A stretch of DNA of 64,000 nucleotides from a virus, in IMG/VR virus record IMGVR_UViG_3300042691_037350, positions 1-64,000 of that record, one strand, 5' to 3'. A model generated the notes under the pieces. It was not told the origin of the DNA and made no database searches. It worked only from the letters and a program-made list of their open reading frames with translations. How positions within the stretch are numbered: position 1 is the first letter of the stretch; each line of letters begins with the position of its first letter. Shown piece after piece: positions 16,676-28,220 of the stretch. The position numbers and the translations under genes are program-made.

Positions 16676-17689
16676 ATGTCAGTTAATACCAAAGCATTTC
16701 AACCAACACCAGAATTAACAGATCTTCTTGTTCGTTCTGGTTCACCAAAGAGAGAGGTTGCTCTAGCTGCTAATGCAGAGTTTGCAAAGGCTCTTGAGCT
16801 ACCATTACGTCAAGGTCTTCTAAGTGGCGATATTCTAGATGGTATCTTCGAGCCAATTCAATTAGCTCAAAGCGCCACTCCAGAATTCCCACTAGACTTC
16901 CTAGCCCCAGGCACAGAGAAGGACTTTGTTGCCTATACAGTTCCTAACCACGGATATATTCCAGAGCGTCACGTTGAAGGCGATTACGTCATGGTCCCAA
17001 CCTATGACATCGGCGCCTCAATCGACTATCTACTAAAGTATGCCCGTGATGCTCGTTGGGACGTAGTTGGTCGCGCTATGGAGGTTCTAGAGAGTTCTTT
17101 CGTCAAGAAGATGAATGACGATGGCTGGCACACACTACTTGCTGCTGGTGTTGATCGTAACATCGTAGTTTATGATAGTGACACTAATCTTGGCCAGTTT
17201 ACTAAGCGTTTAGTCAGTCTTATGAAGACTGTTATGAGACGCAATGGTGGTGGTAACTCTGCTAGTAACAACCGTGGCTTACTAACAGATCTCTATGTTT
17301 CACCAGAAGCTATGGAAGATATCCGTAATTGGGGTCTAGATCAAGTTGACGAAGTTACTCGTCGTGAAATCTACACCGCTGCTGACGGTACAATCAACCG
17401 TATCTTCGGTGTTAATCTACATGATCTAGATGAGCTAGGCGAAGGCCAAGAGTATCAACTATTCTATAGTAATACTCTAAGTGGCACACTACCAAGTGGT
17501 CATAATGCTGAACTAGTAGTTGGTCTAGATCTTCGTAAGAGAGATAGCTTTATAATGCCAGTTCGTGAGCAGGTTCAAATCTTCGAAGACGATACACTAC
17601 ATCGTCAGAAGAGAGCCGGCTTCTACGGTTGGGCTGAACAAGGCTTTGCTGTTCTTGATAATCGTAGAGTTCTTCTTGGCGCTCTCTAA
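16676..17689 (+). CDS. Major capsid protein
   Basis: 337 aa, strong GGGAGA RBS, HK97-like LYVSPE and RIFGVNL segments, followed by a terminator. Confidence 0.85.
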   Translation: MSVNTKAFQPTPELTDLLVRSGSPKREVALAANAEFAKALELPLRQGLLSGDILDGIFEPIQLAQSATPEFPLDFLAPGTEKDFVAYTVPNHGYIPERHVEGDYVMVPTYDIGASIDYLLKYARDARWDVVGRAMEVLESSFVKKMNDDGWHTLLAAGVDRNIVVYDSDTNLGQFTKRLVSLMKTVMRRNGGGNSASNNRGLLTDLYVSPEAMEDIRNWGLDQVDEVTRREIYTAADGTINRIFGVNLHDLDELGEGQEYQLFYSNTLSGTLPSGHNAELVVGLDLRKRDSFIMPVREQVQIFEDDTLHRQKRAGFYGWAEQGFAVLDNRRVLLGAL

Positions 17690-17717
17690 TATCACTAAAT
17701 CCATTACGGATAAAGAA

Positions 17718-17747
17718 AAGGCTGGCCTTGTGCCGGCCTTTTTTTTT
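17718..17747 (+). terminator. Rho-independent terminator after MCP
   Basis: AAGGCTGGC-CTTGT-GCCGGCCTT followed by a T run. Confidence 0.85.
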
Positions 17748-17795
17748 AGGTGTATTTCATAGTATAAGCAAACAATTCTACATAAGGTAACTATT

Positions 17796-18200
17796 ATGGC
17801 AGCAGGCAAATACGACTTTGCTATTGAACAAGGCACCTCTTTTAGACTATCTTTAATTTATAAAGATCAGAGTGGTAACCCTGTAGATTTGACCGGTTAT
17901 TGTGCTAGACTCATATGGAAAACCAATACTAATATTACTCAAATTTTTAATTCAGACAATGTTGATAATAGCGTATATAAATTTACTATTGATGATCCTA
18001 ATGGTAAACTAACTTTATTACTTCCATCGGCCACCACTAATAATTTTTCTTTTAATACGGCCAAGTACGACCTAGAAATACAAGCCCCAGCAGATTTATA
18101 TCAGGGCGGAGGTAAGTTCACGACTAGAATATTATATGGTACTGTTACTATTGTGAAGAGATTTAGTCAATCCGCAACATCTTTGGAGTGTAACCCATGA
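17796..18200 (+). CDS. BppU-N-like virion adaptor protein (paralog A)
   Basis: YDFAIEQGTSF...PVDLTGYCARL...YDLEI...RILYG pattern. Confidence 0.65.
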   Translation: MAAGKYDFAIEQGTSFRLSLIYKDQSGNPVDLTGYCARLIWKTNTNITQIFNSDNVDNSVYKFTIDDPNGKLTLLLPSATTNNFSFNTAKYDLEIQAPADLYQGGGKFTTRILYGTVTIVKRFSQSATSLECNP

Positions 18201-18460
18201 GTGAATTTACAGTAGAAATTTCAGAGCCACAAGTACACATAATAGATATTGAAACTAGTTTTGTAGAAAACGTGAACAATATTGAAATAGAAAGATATGA
18301 ATACTATAATATAGACATTATTAATGCTGAAAAGATACTTCCAAGCGATCTTCCAGACGGATATCCTATGAATAAAGTTTACGGAGATCTTCCCGTTAGT
18401 AGAATTAGCGGTCTTGCTGACTATTTGAATAGCTATGAATTTGATTGCGGCACACCATAA
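18197..18460 (+). CDS. Small acidic virion protein
   Basis: ATGA coupling to the upstream gene; ends FDCGTP. Confidence 0.65.
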   Translation: MSEFTVEISEPQVHIIDIETSFVENVNNIEIERYEYYNIDIINAEKILPSDLPDGYPMNKVYGDLPVSRISGLADYLNSYEFDCGTP

Positions 18461-18475
18461 ACCTAGGAGATAAAA

Positions 18476-19462
18476 ATGCCAGTCCAAACACGCTTACAAT
18501 TACGTAGAGGAACATCTGTTCAATGGCTAGCCTCTACCGATCCATTATCGATGGGCGAAATAGGTTTTGATACCACACTCAAGAAGTTTAAGATAGGTGA
18601 TGGCACCACTTTATGGTCTGGCTTAGAGTGGGGAACAGTATTACCATCTGAACTTAGCGAAATTATTGATGACCGTATCAGTAATCTTATAGTTGCAGGA
18701 AGTGGTATTACTACTGCTTACGATGATTCTAATAATACTCTAAGCATTTCTAGTCCGGTACTAGCTGGCAGTGGGATAGTTATTTCTCATAGTAGTGGTA
18801 CTTATACTGTAAGCGTTAGTAATCCTACAATTACATCATCTTTGATTAGTGATTTCTCAGAAGCTGTTCAAGACTTAATAGGTCTTAGTGGAATTACAGC
18901 TGGTAGCGGTATTAGTGTTAATTATAACGACTCCACAGGATTGACCACTATTAGTTTGTCTGATCCAACAATACAAGTATCAGATATTACAGATATTTCA
19001 GCAACGGCAGCTCAGATTAACTATTTGTCTAATACATTACCCGGCACGGGCGTTGCTGGGAAAGCAATAATATTAGATGCTAATTCTAGTATTATTAATA
19101 TTAATAATTTATCTACAACTGGGAATGTAGTTATTGGTGGTAACTTAACAATCAACGGAACTACTACCACGGTTAATAGTGTTACTATTACTGTTGATGA
19201 TAAAAATCTCGAATTGGGTAGTGTTGCATCTCCGTCGGATATTACTGCTGATGGAGGAGGAATAACATTAAAGGGGTCAACAGATAAGGAATTTAAGTGG
19301 TTAGATAGCAGTGATAGTTGGACCAGTAGCGAACATATAAATTTATCAACTGGAAGCTTAACATATAAACTCAATGGTACTACTGTTATCGGTAACAACA
19401 CCATAGGAGCTAATGGATATAGCGTTGCATCTGGTGTGAGCATAGATGGCGGTACCCCATAA
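18476..19462 (+). CDS. Fibre protein with Mtd_N-like N-terminus
   Basis: LQLRRGT..W...LSMGEIGFDTT.KKFKIGDG..W; AGSGI repeats. Confidence 0.75.
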   Translation: MPVQTRLQLRRGTSVQWLASTDPLSMGEIGFDTTLKKFKIGDGTTLWSGLEWGTVLPSELSEIIDDRISNLIVAGSGITTAYDDSNNTLSISSPVLAGSGIVISHSSGTYTVSVSNPTITSSLISDFSEAVQDLIGLSGITAGSGISVNYNDSTGLTTISLSDPTIQVSDITDISATAAQINYLSNTLPGTGVAGKAIILDANSSIININNLSTTGNVVIGGNLTINGTTTTVNSVTITVDDKNLELGSVASPSDITADGGGITLKGSTDKEFKWLDSSDSWTSSEHINLSTGSLTYKLNGTTVIGNNTIGANGYSVASGVSIDGGTP

Positions 19463-19487
19463 ATCTTTTTAAGATCGAAAGAAAAAT

Positions 19488-21554
19488 ATGCCAGCTAATA
19501 CTATTATCACTGTTAGAAAAGGATCCTTCTCTGCATGGGTCTCTGCTAATCCTGTATTGGCAAGCGGAGAATTAGGTTTTGATACTACTAATAATATTCT
19601 AAAAATTGGTAATGGAACATCGGACTGGAATAGTCTAAGCAATCATAGACATAGTTCCGCCGATATCACTAATTTTAATAGTAGTGTTAGTGGACTATTA
19701 CCAGTTAAAGATATTGTAGCTAGTAGCGGAATAAATATTTTTAGTGTTAGTGGCATTTATACTATTAGTAGCCCAGAAGAAGTAGTAGAGTATCTAACAG
19801 CAGCTCAATTTCCCTCGTCTGGAAATACGAGTCTTCTATATATTGCAACGGACGATAGCAGAGTATATCGCTGGACCGGATTTCAATATGTTGAGATTGG
19901 ACCAACCGCATTTGTACCTTTGTCTAGTGGCAATTTCTCTACACTACAAGTTAATGGAACCGGTGTTGTAGCATCGTCTGGTGGTAATAGTGGTTACTTA
20001 AGCAAGTTTACCGCATCAAATACTATAGATGACAGTATAATTTATCAGAGCAGCGGTAATATTGGAATTAATACTACTAATCCAATAATGAATTTACATG
20101 TTGCTGGTAGTGGTTATATTAGTAATGCTCTTGGTATTAATCTTAGTAACATACAAAATAACTTTGTTTTAGATGTTAATGGTAATGTTGCCTTTAGAAA
20201 TGCTGCTGTATATACGAATGGAAGTATAATTGAGTATGGTAATCAAAGATTCCAATTAAATGCTGGAGCTGGTAGTTCTGCTCATTCGTGGGTTTCTGTT
20301 GGTAATGGAAGATTCGGTGTTGGCACAACCAATCCGCAAACTTTAATACACGCTAGTGGATTAGCTACTGGTGTTGGTTCATTATTTCGACTTCAAAACG
20401 GAAGCTCTTCTAATAATACATATTTTGAAACTAGAATAGGCACCCCTGGTAATTTTGACAACTATATCTTTTTTAATAGAAATGGTACCAATTTCTTTGG
20501 AGCAACAAATACTAGTCAATTATATTTGCCAAATCATACACAAGTAGCTTCTAATAGACAAATTATTGCAGAATCTAACGCCAATGCGGTACTCAACCTA
20601 TACAACGCCTCTGCACAAACTGAACTGGGTTATGTTAGTGGAAATGCTTTAAGATTTTTAAGAAGTTATGTTGAGGTTGCAAGATTTGATGGTAGCGGCA
20701 ATTTTGGTATAGGAACATCAACTCCAAGTGGGCGTTTGGATGTTAGAGGGAACATTTATGCTAGTGGTAGTCTTGGAATAAATAATCCAGCTCCATCGTC
20801 AGTATTGGATGTTATTGGCGAATCTAGAATGCAGGGTATTTTATATTTTAATCAAAATAATACCGATGCTAATGATAGTAGTAGAAATAGGTGTAAAATT
20901 GAAAGAGTTAGTGGGCAAAATTTAACATTAACTGGTGGTAGTAATACCATACAACTAGCCGGTGATGGTGGAAAAATACTAATTCGTAGCTCAACGGTTG
21001 GCACAGAAATAGGTGGTGATGGTGCTAATACTTATGTAAGCTTTCATCCAGGTAGTAATGTTGAAAAAGCAAGAATAACACCCGCCGGATCATTGGGTAT
21101 CGGAACATCAACTCCTAGCGGTCAATTACATGTGCTCGGTACCGGCATAATATCATCAAGATTAGGTATAGGTACCAATAATCCATCAGTACCATTAGAA
21201 GTGGCTGGTAATGCTTTTATTGACGGAAATCTAGTTTTTGATAGTTTCACAGAAAGTGTTGTGACGATTGGGAATAGTAGTTCTGGCGTTGTATTGAACA
21301 TAGGCAGCGGCACGGTACAAACTTGCACACTAACAAATAACTGTGTATTTACTATGCCAGCTACAATAGCGGGTAAGAGTTTTACTATGTTTCTTAATAC
21401 TGGAAGCGGAAACTATACTGCTAACTTTAGTGGCGTATTGTGGAGTGATAGTGCTCCGCCTACTATAACTACAACATCTAGTAAAGTTGATATATTAAGC
21501 TTTATTAGCGATGGAACTTATTGGTATGGAAGTTATTCTCAAAATTATGGTTAA
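19488..21554 (+). CDS. Fibre protein with Mtd_N-like N-terminus and GIGTxxP repeats
   Basis: NPVLASGELGFDTTNNILKIGNG; several GIGTSTPSGxLxV repeats. Confidence 0.75.
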   Translation: MPANTIITVRKGSFSAWVSANPVLASGELGFDTTNNILKIGNGTSDWNSLSNHRHSSADITNFNSSVSGLLPVKDIVASSGINIFSVSGIYTISSPEEVVEYLTAAQFPSSGNTSLLYIATDDSRVYRWTGFQYVEIGPTAFVPLSSGNFSTLQVNGTGVVASSGGNSGYLSKFTASNTIDDSIIYQSSGNIGINTTNPIMNLHVAGSGYISNALGINLSNIQNNFVLDVNGNVAFRNAAVYTNGSIIEYGNQRFQLNAGAGSSAHSWVSVGNGRFGVGTTNPQTLIHASGLATGVGSLFRLQNGSSSNNTYFETRIGTPGNFDNYIFFNRNGTNFFGATNTSQLYLPNHTQVASNRQIIAESNANAVLNLYNASAQTELGYVSGNALRFLRSYVEVARFDGSGNFGIGTSTPSGRLDVRGNIYASGSLGINNPAPSSVLDVIGESRMQGILYFNQNNTDANDSSRNRCKIERVSGQNLTLTGGSNTIQLAGDGGKILIRSSTVGTEIGGDGANTYVSFHPGSNVEKARITPAGSLGIGTSTPSGQLHVLGTGIISSRLGIGTNNPSVPLEVAGNAFIDGNLVFDSFTESVVTIGNSSSGVVLNIGSGTVQTCTLTNNCVFTMPATIAGKSFTMFLNTGSGNYTANFSGVLWSDSAPPTITTTSSKVDILSFISDGTYWYGSYSQNYG

Positions 21555-21559
21555 TAGTC

Positions 21560-22564
21560 ATGTTTAGTGCAAAGTTTAATTTACTCAAACCATTTTCTAG
21601 GCTAGTTAAAAAACAACAGCTAGAAACTTTAAATTATATATATAAGGCGCAACCATTTTGTGATGTGATTAGTAAAAATCAAAATACATATAATTTAGAT
21701 ACTATCTATAGAGGACAACCATTTGTTGGCACACCAAATAATTATATTAAAACCATCCCAATAACAGGAGTAAATCACCCAGATGTTGATTATTGGTTAT
21801 ATAAGATAGCTCTGTATGGTGGAACTGCTAGTAGTACAACAATATCGGCATTAAATACTTTTTGTAATAGTATAGACACTGCTGGATTGCGTAATAAGTT
21901 TATTCGTTTAAATTTATTTTGTGGAAATAATTTAAATGCTTGTTTGGTTCCTTTGTATGGAGATATTACAGATATTAACTTTAATAATAACTTTAATAGC
22001 AGCGACTATAATGAGACTGGTAGTAATGGAGGATTAAAAGGAGATGGTTTATCTAAAGGATTAATCACCGGTGTTTCTACTTCAATTATTCCAACAGCTT
22101 TCCATCTATCTACATATGTATCAATTCCTAATACAACCATTAGTTTGGGCTATGATATTGGTGGTACTAATAGTGATAGTAATGATCATAGAATAGGTCT
22201 TACAAATATACTTTTTCCTAGTCCGTCATATACTTTTGCTTGTTTTCAACTAATAAATACTCCATATATAGCGACATCAAATGTTGCTGGTTTTTATATA
22301 GGTAATTGCTTAACAACCACAGGTCAATTGTATAGAAACGGTGTTTCTGTGGCTATCGGCACAAATACTGGCAATAATCGTATTCCATCTAATTATCCTC
22401 TTATGATATTTGGAGGATCACAAAGCGGCTCAAACTCTATGAGAAATTTTAGTACAGCTAGACTAAATGCCTATTCGGCAGGATTTAGTATGACTAATGC
22501 GGAAGCATCAACTTTTAATACTATTATGCAAATTTTTCAAACAGCACTTAATAGGAATGTATAA
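21560..22564 (+). CDS. Putative virion protein (beta-sandwich)
   Basis: Long ORF in the fibre operon; duplicated IYxxQPF motif at the N-terminus. Confidence 0.6.
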   Translation: MFSAKFNLLKPFSRLVKKQQLETLNYIYKAQPFCDVISKNQNTYNLDTIYRGQPFVGTPNNYIKTIPITGVNHPDVDYWLYKIALYGGTASSTTISALNTFCNSIDTAGLRNKFIRLNLFCGNNLNACLVPLYGDITDINFNNNFNSSDYNETGSNGGLKGDGLSKGLITGVSTSIIPTAFHLSTYVSIPNTTISLGYDIGGTNSDSNDHRIGLTNILFPSPSYTFACFQLINTPYIATSNVAGFYIGNCLTTTGQLYRNGVSVAIGTNTGNNRIPSNYPLMIFGGSQSGSNSMRNFSTARLNAYSAGFSMTNAEASTFNTIMQIFQTALNRNV

Positions 22565-25500
22565 TGGCTACACTTTTTATTGATTATGAAAATGGAAATG
22601 ATAACTGGGGCGGTAGTAGTTTTGCTCCATTAGCTAGTGGTACTAATGGTCGTATTACTAGTTATACTTTTAGTTCAGCAACTGCTAATTTTCCAAATGA
22701 TGGTTCGTTGGCTCCTGTTAAAAATTTATTTGGCGTTTCAGAGTCTCTAGAAGAAGTTAATGCGTGGAATGGTAATAATATTACATATAATAGATCAACA
22801 ATTAGCCCACCATCAGGACTATTCACCCCATGGGATATAAAAGAAACAACAGCTATTAATACTCATACTTTTGTTAGTACCATTACAATAATTCAATTTA
22901 CAATTGGAACAACATACACAATATCTCTATATGCTAAAGCTAATGGGCGTAATCAAGTTACGCTACAATTTGGTGACGAAACACGGTCGGCACGATTTGA
23001 TTTGAGTAACGGAACCGTGGCTCAAACAGCAGCAAATGCTACAGCAGCTATTAGTTCGGTTGGAGATAATTGGTATAGAATTAGCATAACAGCAACAGCA
23101 ACAGCAACTGGTGTTCAGATGATTTTGGGGTTAACAAATGATGCTCACAATGCCACATCAGCCCAAACTTATGCTGGAAATACTGAGCTTGGAATTTATA
23201 TCTCATCTCCACAAATAGAAGCAAATTCTAGTGTCACATCTTATGAAAAACCACCAGATCAAAGACTAACTATTTGGAACGGATCATCATATTTAGCTTA
23301 TAGAATTGTGCAATATATTAATAGCACAAGCTTACTTATCAATCTTATACAAGGTGGTGCGAGTATTGGTAATCAAAGCGTGAATCGTCAATACTTTATT
23401 GGCGGACGATGGAAAACTATTAGTACTACTGGCGCTACAGCGGCACGACTATTTCCGGGCGACACAATAAGAATTATGGCTAGTCCAACACCCACCATAG
23501 TCGGAAGTGGGTTGTGGAGTACTCTTACTGGCAGACCCGGTGCTGCTACAAGTAATATTGGCACAGCCACAAATACTTCTCCGATCAGAGTAACTTGCGC
23601 TAGTACCATGGCTGCTCTTGGTATTAGTAATGGAAGTACGGTTTTAATTACTGGAAATACGGCAAACACAAATTCTAATGGTATGTGGGAAGTAACGGCG
23701 GTTAGCGGAAGTAGTTGCGATCTTGTTGGTTCTAGCGGTAATTTTAATCAAGTATCAAGCAATGGACTTTTAAGAAATATGACTCATCGTGTTGTTACTT
23801 TAAACAGCGCTGTAACGGAAAATATTGCTAGTTATGAAAATAGAGGTAACGGTAGAACAGCTTGGGTTGCCAGCACAAACGTAACCACCACACTAAGTAC
23901 TAATGATGTTACTACTGGAGATAGCAAAGAAGGAGATAGTAGCGATAGTATTGCGATAGGAGCATCATTCACTACTGGAAAAGCGGCCTATAAAGCTACT
24001 GGTTCATTAAATTTAAGTGGTTATCAACAACTAAGTTTTTATATTAAACAAACCGCTGGTACTGTGGCTGCGAGCGGAGATATTAGTTTACGACTTTGTT
24101 CAGATACTACCGGCGATACTACTGTACACACTTTTAATATTCCTCCATTATTAAATGTAAATATTTGGATTCCTTTTACAATTAATCTAGGCTCTGCTAT
24201 GAGTAGCAGCATACAAAGCGTAGCATTATATATTGATACGGACAGGGGCGCTCAGACATTTTTACTTAGTAATATTATTGCTTGTAAAGAATCATCTAGT
24301 GAGGATAGTTTAAATTTACAATCCCTTATCAGCAAAAATGTAGGTGATGAGTGTTGGTATCCTATTATGAGTATCAATGGTAGAAGAATTGTTATAGGTG
24401 GTGCCGCTAATCTTAATACTAATCCAAGTAGTACAGCAAATACTGGAGGATATTATGGAATTACTGAAAATGTAACTACTTATAAAAGAGAAACTATTAA
24501 AACGGTTATGGTAAATAGTGCTGCTACAGTAGTACAAGAAATACAAGAAGCTGGTACAGCCGCCGCCCCATTTAATTATGAATTTGGTTGGGATCGTACT
24601 AATATGAGTACTAGAAATTCTCAAACATACTTTGATGGTTTAAATGGACTCGGATATGGATTAGTAATAAATATTAAAAATTATGTTAATATCAATAATC
24701 TTGGATTTGTACGATATGATCGTGGAGTAAGGTTTATTAATTGTTCTTACGGAAATCATGGATTTTTAGAGAATATAGCGTGTACTAGTACTGGGTCGGA
24801 TAATTTTGCTCAAATTTTTAATACATATCAGATTATTAAAGGTTGTTGTAATGGTGGTTTTGGATTTTCAAACGATTTTGGTAGTGCCAATAATATTTTT
24901 GAAAAAATAATTACTATAGGAAATTTAAGTAATGGTTTATATATATCTAGAGGGTTTTCTAATAATAAAATAAATAATATATTATCAGCAACTAATTCTT
25001 TTGGAATATTTTTTGATAGTAGTAGTAATAATATTATTACTAGTGGTCTTTTAGTTCAAAATGCTGCTGATGGAATGAGATCATACGCCAGCCAAAACGA
25101 TTCATATATAAATATTACAACGTCTGGTAATGCAAATAATTATGGATTTTTTCTTTTTAGTGGCGATACTTATCTAAAGAACTGTATAATTAATGAGAGT
25201 TTAGAGTGTGGTGTTTATTCTGGCAATAGTAGAATATATAGTACTAATCAGGATAATATTAATAATAATCATTATATATTTACAGATAATGGATTAATAT
25301 TCCCTCAAACAGCAGTTAGATATAGCAATACTGGATATGCTTGGAGTATGAGTCCAACCAACAGTACTATCAGAACATCTTCTTATCCTTTGGATTTAAG
25401 TATAGCTAAGGTTGCTGTAAATGCTAATAGCTTAGTCACAATTAAGGGTTGGTTTAGAAGAACAAGTACACTTATTTCTGCTGGTTTAAGAGTCAAAGGG

Positions 25501-25695
25501 GGTCAAATAGCTGGAGTTCCTAATGATATTACTAGCTATATGAGCGCAGCAGCAGATACTTGGCAACAAGTAACGTTAACATTTACCCCAACAGAAATTG
25601 GTGTTGTGGAAATTATTGCAGAATGTTTTCATCCTTTTGCTGTCGGTGCTGTGCAAACTGTTTATGTGGACGATATTAGCATAACTCAAGTTTAG
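22564..25695 (+). CDS. Large virion spike/fibre protein (carbohydrate-binding-like domain and beta-helix)
   Basis: YTISLYAKA...VGDNWYRISITA...QIEA sandwich motif; N/G-rich beta-helix repeats; ends VYVDDISITQV. Confidence 0.65.
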   Translation: MATLFIDYENGNDNWGGSSFAPLASGTNGRITSYTFSSATANFPNDGSLAPVKNLFGVSESLEEVNAWNGNNITYNRSTISPPSGLFTPWDIKETTAINTHTFVSTITIIQFTIGTTYTISLYAKANGRNQVTLQFGDETRSARFDLSNGTVAQTAANATAAISSVGDNWYRISITATATATGVQMILGLTNDAHNATSAQTYAGNTELGIYISSPQIEANSSVTSYEKPPDQRLTIWNGSSYLAYRIVQYINSTSLLINLIQGGASIGNQSVNRQYFIGGRWKTISTTGATAARLFPGDTIRIMASPTPTIVGSGLWSTLTGRPGAATSNIGTATNTSPIRVTCASTMAALGISNGSTVLITGNTANTNSNGMWEVTAVSGSSCDLVGSSGNFNQVSSNGLLRNMTHRVVTLNSAVTENIASYENRGNGRTAWVASTNVTTTLSTNDVTTGDSKEGDSSDSIAIGASFTTGKAAYKATGSLNLSGYQQLSFYIKQTAGTVAASGDISLRLCSDTTGDTTVHTFNIPPLLNVNIWIPFTINLGSAMSSSIQSVALYIDTDRGAQTFLLSNIIACKESSSEDSLNLQSLISKNVGDECWYPIMSINGRRIVIGGAANLNTNPSSTANTGGYYGITENVTTYKRETIKTVMVNSAATVVQEIQEAGTAAAPFNYEFGWDRTNMSTRNSQTYFDGLNGLGYGLVINIKNYVNINNLGFVRYDRGVRFINCSYGNHGFLENIACTSTGSDNFAQIFNTYQIIKGCCNGGFGFSNDFGSANNIFEKIITIGNLSNGLYISRGFSNNKINNILSATNSFGIFFDSSSNNIITSGLLVQNAADGMRSYASQNDSYINITTSGNANNYGFFLFSGDTYLKNCIINESLECGVYSGNSRIYSTNQDNINNNHYIFTDNGLIFPQTAVRYSNTGYAWSMSPTNSTIRTSSYPLDLSIAKVAVNANSLVTIKGWFRRTSTLISAGLRVKGGQIAGVPNDITSYMSAAADTWQQVTLTFTPTEIGVVEIIAECFHPFAVGAVQTVYVDDISITQV

Positions 25696-25703
25696 GGTGA
25701 TTT

Positions 25704-25880
25704 ATGAATTATGAAATTAGTGAAGTGATAGTGGATCCCGCTGGTAAGTATAGAGCACGAGTGGTAATAGATGAATACTCTACCCAATTCTTTAAATTCG
25801 ACCATGCTCCATCTCAAGAAGAAGTTAACGAAGTGGTTGAGAATTATTTACAAAATATTAATACAGGAGTATTACCATGA
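25704..25880 (+). CDS. Small protein (58 aa, not in ORF track)
   Basis: MNYEISEVIVDPAGKYRARVVIDEYSTQFFKFDHAPSQEEVNEVVENYLQNINTGVLP; ATGA-coupled to the next gene. Confidence 0.6.
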   Translation: MNYEISEVIVDPAGKYRARVVIDEYSTQFFKFDHAPSQEEVNEVVENYLQNINTGVLP

Positions 25881-26188
25881 GTTTACCAATTTTAACAGCT
25901 TCTAATCCTACAACAGTTCCAGCAAAAGTTTATGATAAATGGTGGGTTAGCAATATTCATATTAATGCGCCAGACCCTAATGGAGATGCTTACGCTAGTG
26001 TATCATTAGTAAAATTTGCCACTAATGAAGATGGTTCAGCATCGGTATCCAATGAATATGTTAATTTGGATATGAATGCTCTATTATCTGGAGCATCATC
26101 CGATCCAGAACTAGCATCGGTCATTATCGGTCTAATGAACTATATTATGAAAGTTGGTCAAGATCGAGGTATTATTGCTATAAATTAA
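25877..26188 (+). CDS. Hypothetical protein
   Basis: AGGAG RBS; in operon. Confidence 0.65.
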   Translation: MSLPILTASNPTTVPAKVYDKWWVSNIHINAPDPNGDAYASVSLVKFATNEDGSASVSNEYVNLDMNALLSGASSDPELASVIIGLMNYIMKVGQDRGIIAIN

Positions 26189-26369
26189 TATCTCATTATT
26201 AATGAGTCCAATGAACTATTCTATTAATAGTAAAAAATATTAGAAATATACAATAATACACATTAATAGTAAATTATACTATAAATAGCCTATTTTTTAT
26301 AGCTTTAATAATATAAAATATTGTAAGGTGTATTACAGCTATATATCGATCTATAAATAGGAACCTATT

Positions 26370-27326
26370 ATGCCTTTTAATTTCCCATCATCTCCATCAA
26401 TAGGACAAGAAAGCGTTCAAAACGGCAGAAATTATAGATGGACAGGAGCAGCATGGGAAATTGTGGCTGTTAGTGTTCAGGGTGGTGGTGTCTCGGGTTC
26501 TCAGGGCATTCAGGGCATTACTGGCAGTACGGGCGCTGCTGGTAGTCAGGGCATTCAGGGCATTACTGGCAGTACGGGCGCTGCTGGTAGTCAGGGCATT
26601 CAAGGCGTTCAGGGCATTACTGGAAGTACGGGATCTACGGGTAGTCAGGGCGTTCAGGGCATTACTGGAAGTACGGGCTCTACGGGTAGTCAGGGCGTTC
26701 AGGGCATTACTGGAAGTACGGGCGCTGCTGGTAGTCAGGGCATTCAGGGCATTACTGGAAGTACGGGCTCTACGGGTAGTCAGGGCGTTCAGGGCATTAC
26801 CGGCAGCACCGGTAGTACTGGCGCTACGGGTAGTCAGGGTGTTCAGGGCATTACTGGAAGTACGGGATCTACGGGTAGTCAGGGCGTTCAAGGCATTACT
26901 GGCAGTACGGGCGCTGCTGGTAGTCAGGGCGTTCAAGGCATTCAAGGCATTACTGGCAATACTGGCGTTACGGGTAGTCAGGGTGTTCAGGGTATTACTG
27001 GCAATACTGGCGTTACGGGTAGTCAGGGTGTTCAGGGTATTACTGGCAGTACTGGCGTTACGGGTAGTCAGGGCGTTCAAGGTATTACGGGCAATACGGG
27101 AGCCGCTGGCAGTCAGGGCGTTCAAGGTATACAAGGGATTACCGGAACTGGTCTTCAGGGAGTACAAGGTATTACCGGCACACAAGGAGCAAACGGTGTA
27201 ATCGACAGTAATACCTCTTCTATTTCTGGAAGTACTCAAGTATTAAACGTTATTGTTTGTACTCAGACACAATATGATGCACTACCTGTTAAAGTTTCCA
27301 CAACCCTTTATATAATAGTAGGATAA
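26370..27326 (+). CDS. Collagen-like fibre protein
   Basis: Long Gly-X-Y run ([13 protein letters not shown]); N-terminal [17 protein letters not shown]; C-terminal TQTQYDAL...TTLYII. Confidence 0.85.
   Translation: MPFNFPSSPSIGQESVQNGRNYRWTGAAWEIVAVSVQGGGVSGSQGIQGITGSTGAAGSQGIQGITGSTGAAGSQGIQGVQGITGSTGSTGSQGVQGITGSTGSTGSQGVQGITGSTGAAGSQGIQGITGSTGSTGSQGVQGITGSTGSTGATGSQGVQGITGSTGSTGSQGVQGITGSTGAAGSQGVQGIQGITGNTGVTGSQGVQGITGNTGVTGSQGVQGITGSTGVTGSQGVQGITGNTGAAGSQGVQGIQGITGTGLQGVQGITGTQGANGVIDSNTSSISGSTQVLNVIVCTQTQYDALPVKVSTTLYIIVG
26495..27190 (+). repeat. Tandem 9-bp-multiple repeats encoding collagen triplets
   Basis: Reiterated ggtagtcagggcgttcagggcattactggaagtacg units. Confidence 0.9.
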
Positions 27327-27331
27327 ATTAT

Positions 27332-27775
27332 ATGACACTAAAAGAAAAAATACTGGAATCAGAACTGGTAAATTTGCCAGATTGGCAGGTTGCTGAACTA
27401 TTAAATAGTCCAAATAATTCTTTACCCATTATTACTGACTGGGAAAAAACAAGTATTGGTTTTGGTCTAATTTTATTAACTTTGGGTCTTAATGATGGAG
27501 TTAATTTTCTGGATCAATTATCAAACTTATCTACTAATAATAGCTCTATAAAATGGCTATTAAAAATTATAGAATTAGAAAGTTTAGATTTATCTAATCC
27601 TGTAATTAGAGAACAAATAATAGGACTAGCTCAATCTCCAATAAACATATTAACTAATGAGCAATTAGAAAAACTTTTATTTATCTCAAAAAAAACTAGA
27701 TATCCGAGCTGGTCAGAGTATTATAATGTTGTTGTGGATGCCAGAACAGTAGGACTAGCTAGAGGTGCAATATGA
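27332..27775 (+). CDS. Hypothetical protein
   Basis: ORF in operon. Confidence 0.65.
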   Translation: MTLKEKILESELVNLPDWQVAELLNSPNNSLPIITDWEKTSIGFGLILLTLGLNDGVNFLDQLSNLSTNNSSIKWLLKIIELESLDLSNPVIREQIIGLAQSPINILTNEQLEKLLFISKKTRYPSWSEYYNVVVDARTVGLARGAI

Positions 27776-27806
27776 CTAATATAATACTAAAAAAGGAGAC
27801 TAAATA

Positions 27807-28220
27807 ATGGCAATTGCAAAATGGGCAACCCCATCAGCTAGATCTAGTAATATTGCTGGCACAACGCTTAATTCTATTGCTAACGGTACCGAGTCGGCTG
27901 TTGTCACCTATGACAATAGTACCAATCGTGATCTTTATGCAACTCTAACCATAAAGTTGGGAAGTATTAGTCCGTCAACAGGTGGTTCAATTACGGTGCG
28001 TATTACTCTAAACGATGGTACAGATACCTCTGATAGAATTGGTGGAGATTTGTATGTGGTGCCGCTCACATCGGGAGCAAGCGCAAAGGTTGCCGTTATC
28101 AATATGGTAAGACTTTACCCGTATTCATTGCGAATCAGCGTAATCAATAACGCAGGTGTGGCTTTTGTTGCAAGCGGTAATGAAATTTATGTACGTCCAT
28201 TCAACGAAGATATAGTATAA
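27807..28220 (+). CDS. Putative virion beta-sandwich protein
   Basis: AAGGAG RBS; beta-rich. Confidence 0.65.
   Translation: MAIAKWATPSARSSNIAGTTLNSIANGTESAVVTYDNSTNRDLYATLTIKLGSISPSTGGSITVRITLNDGTDTSDRIGGDLYVVPLTSGASAKVAVINMVRLYPYSLRISVINNAGVAFVASGNEIYVRPFNEDIV

Noticed and set aside
26397-27239. Long repetitive ORFs on the minus strand and in the alternative plus frame (26461-27201)
   Set aside because: By-products of the stop-free collagen repeat
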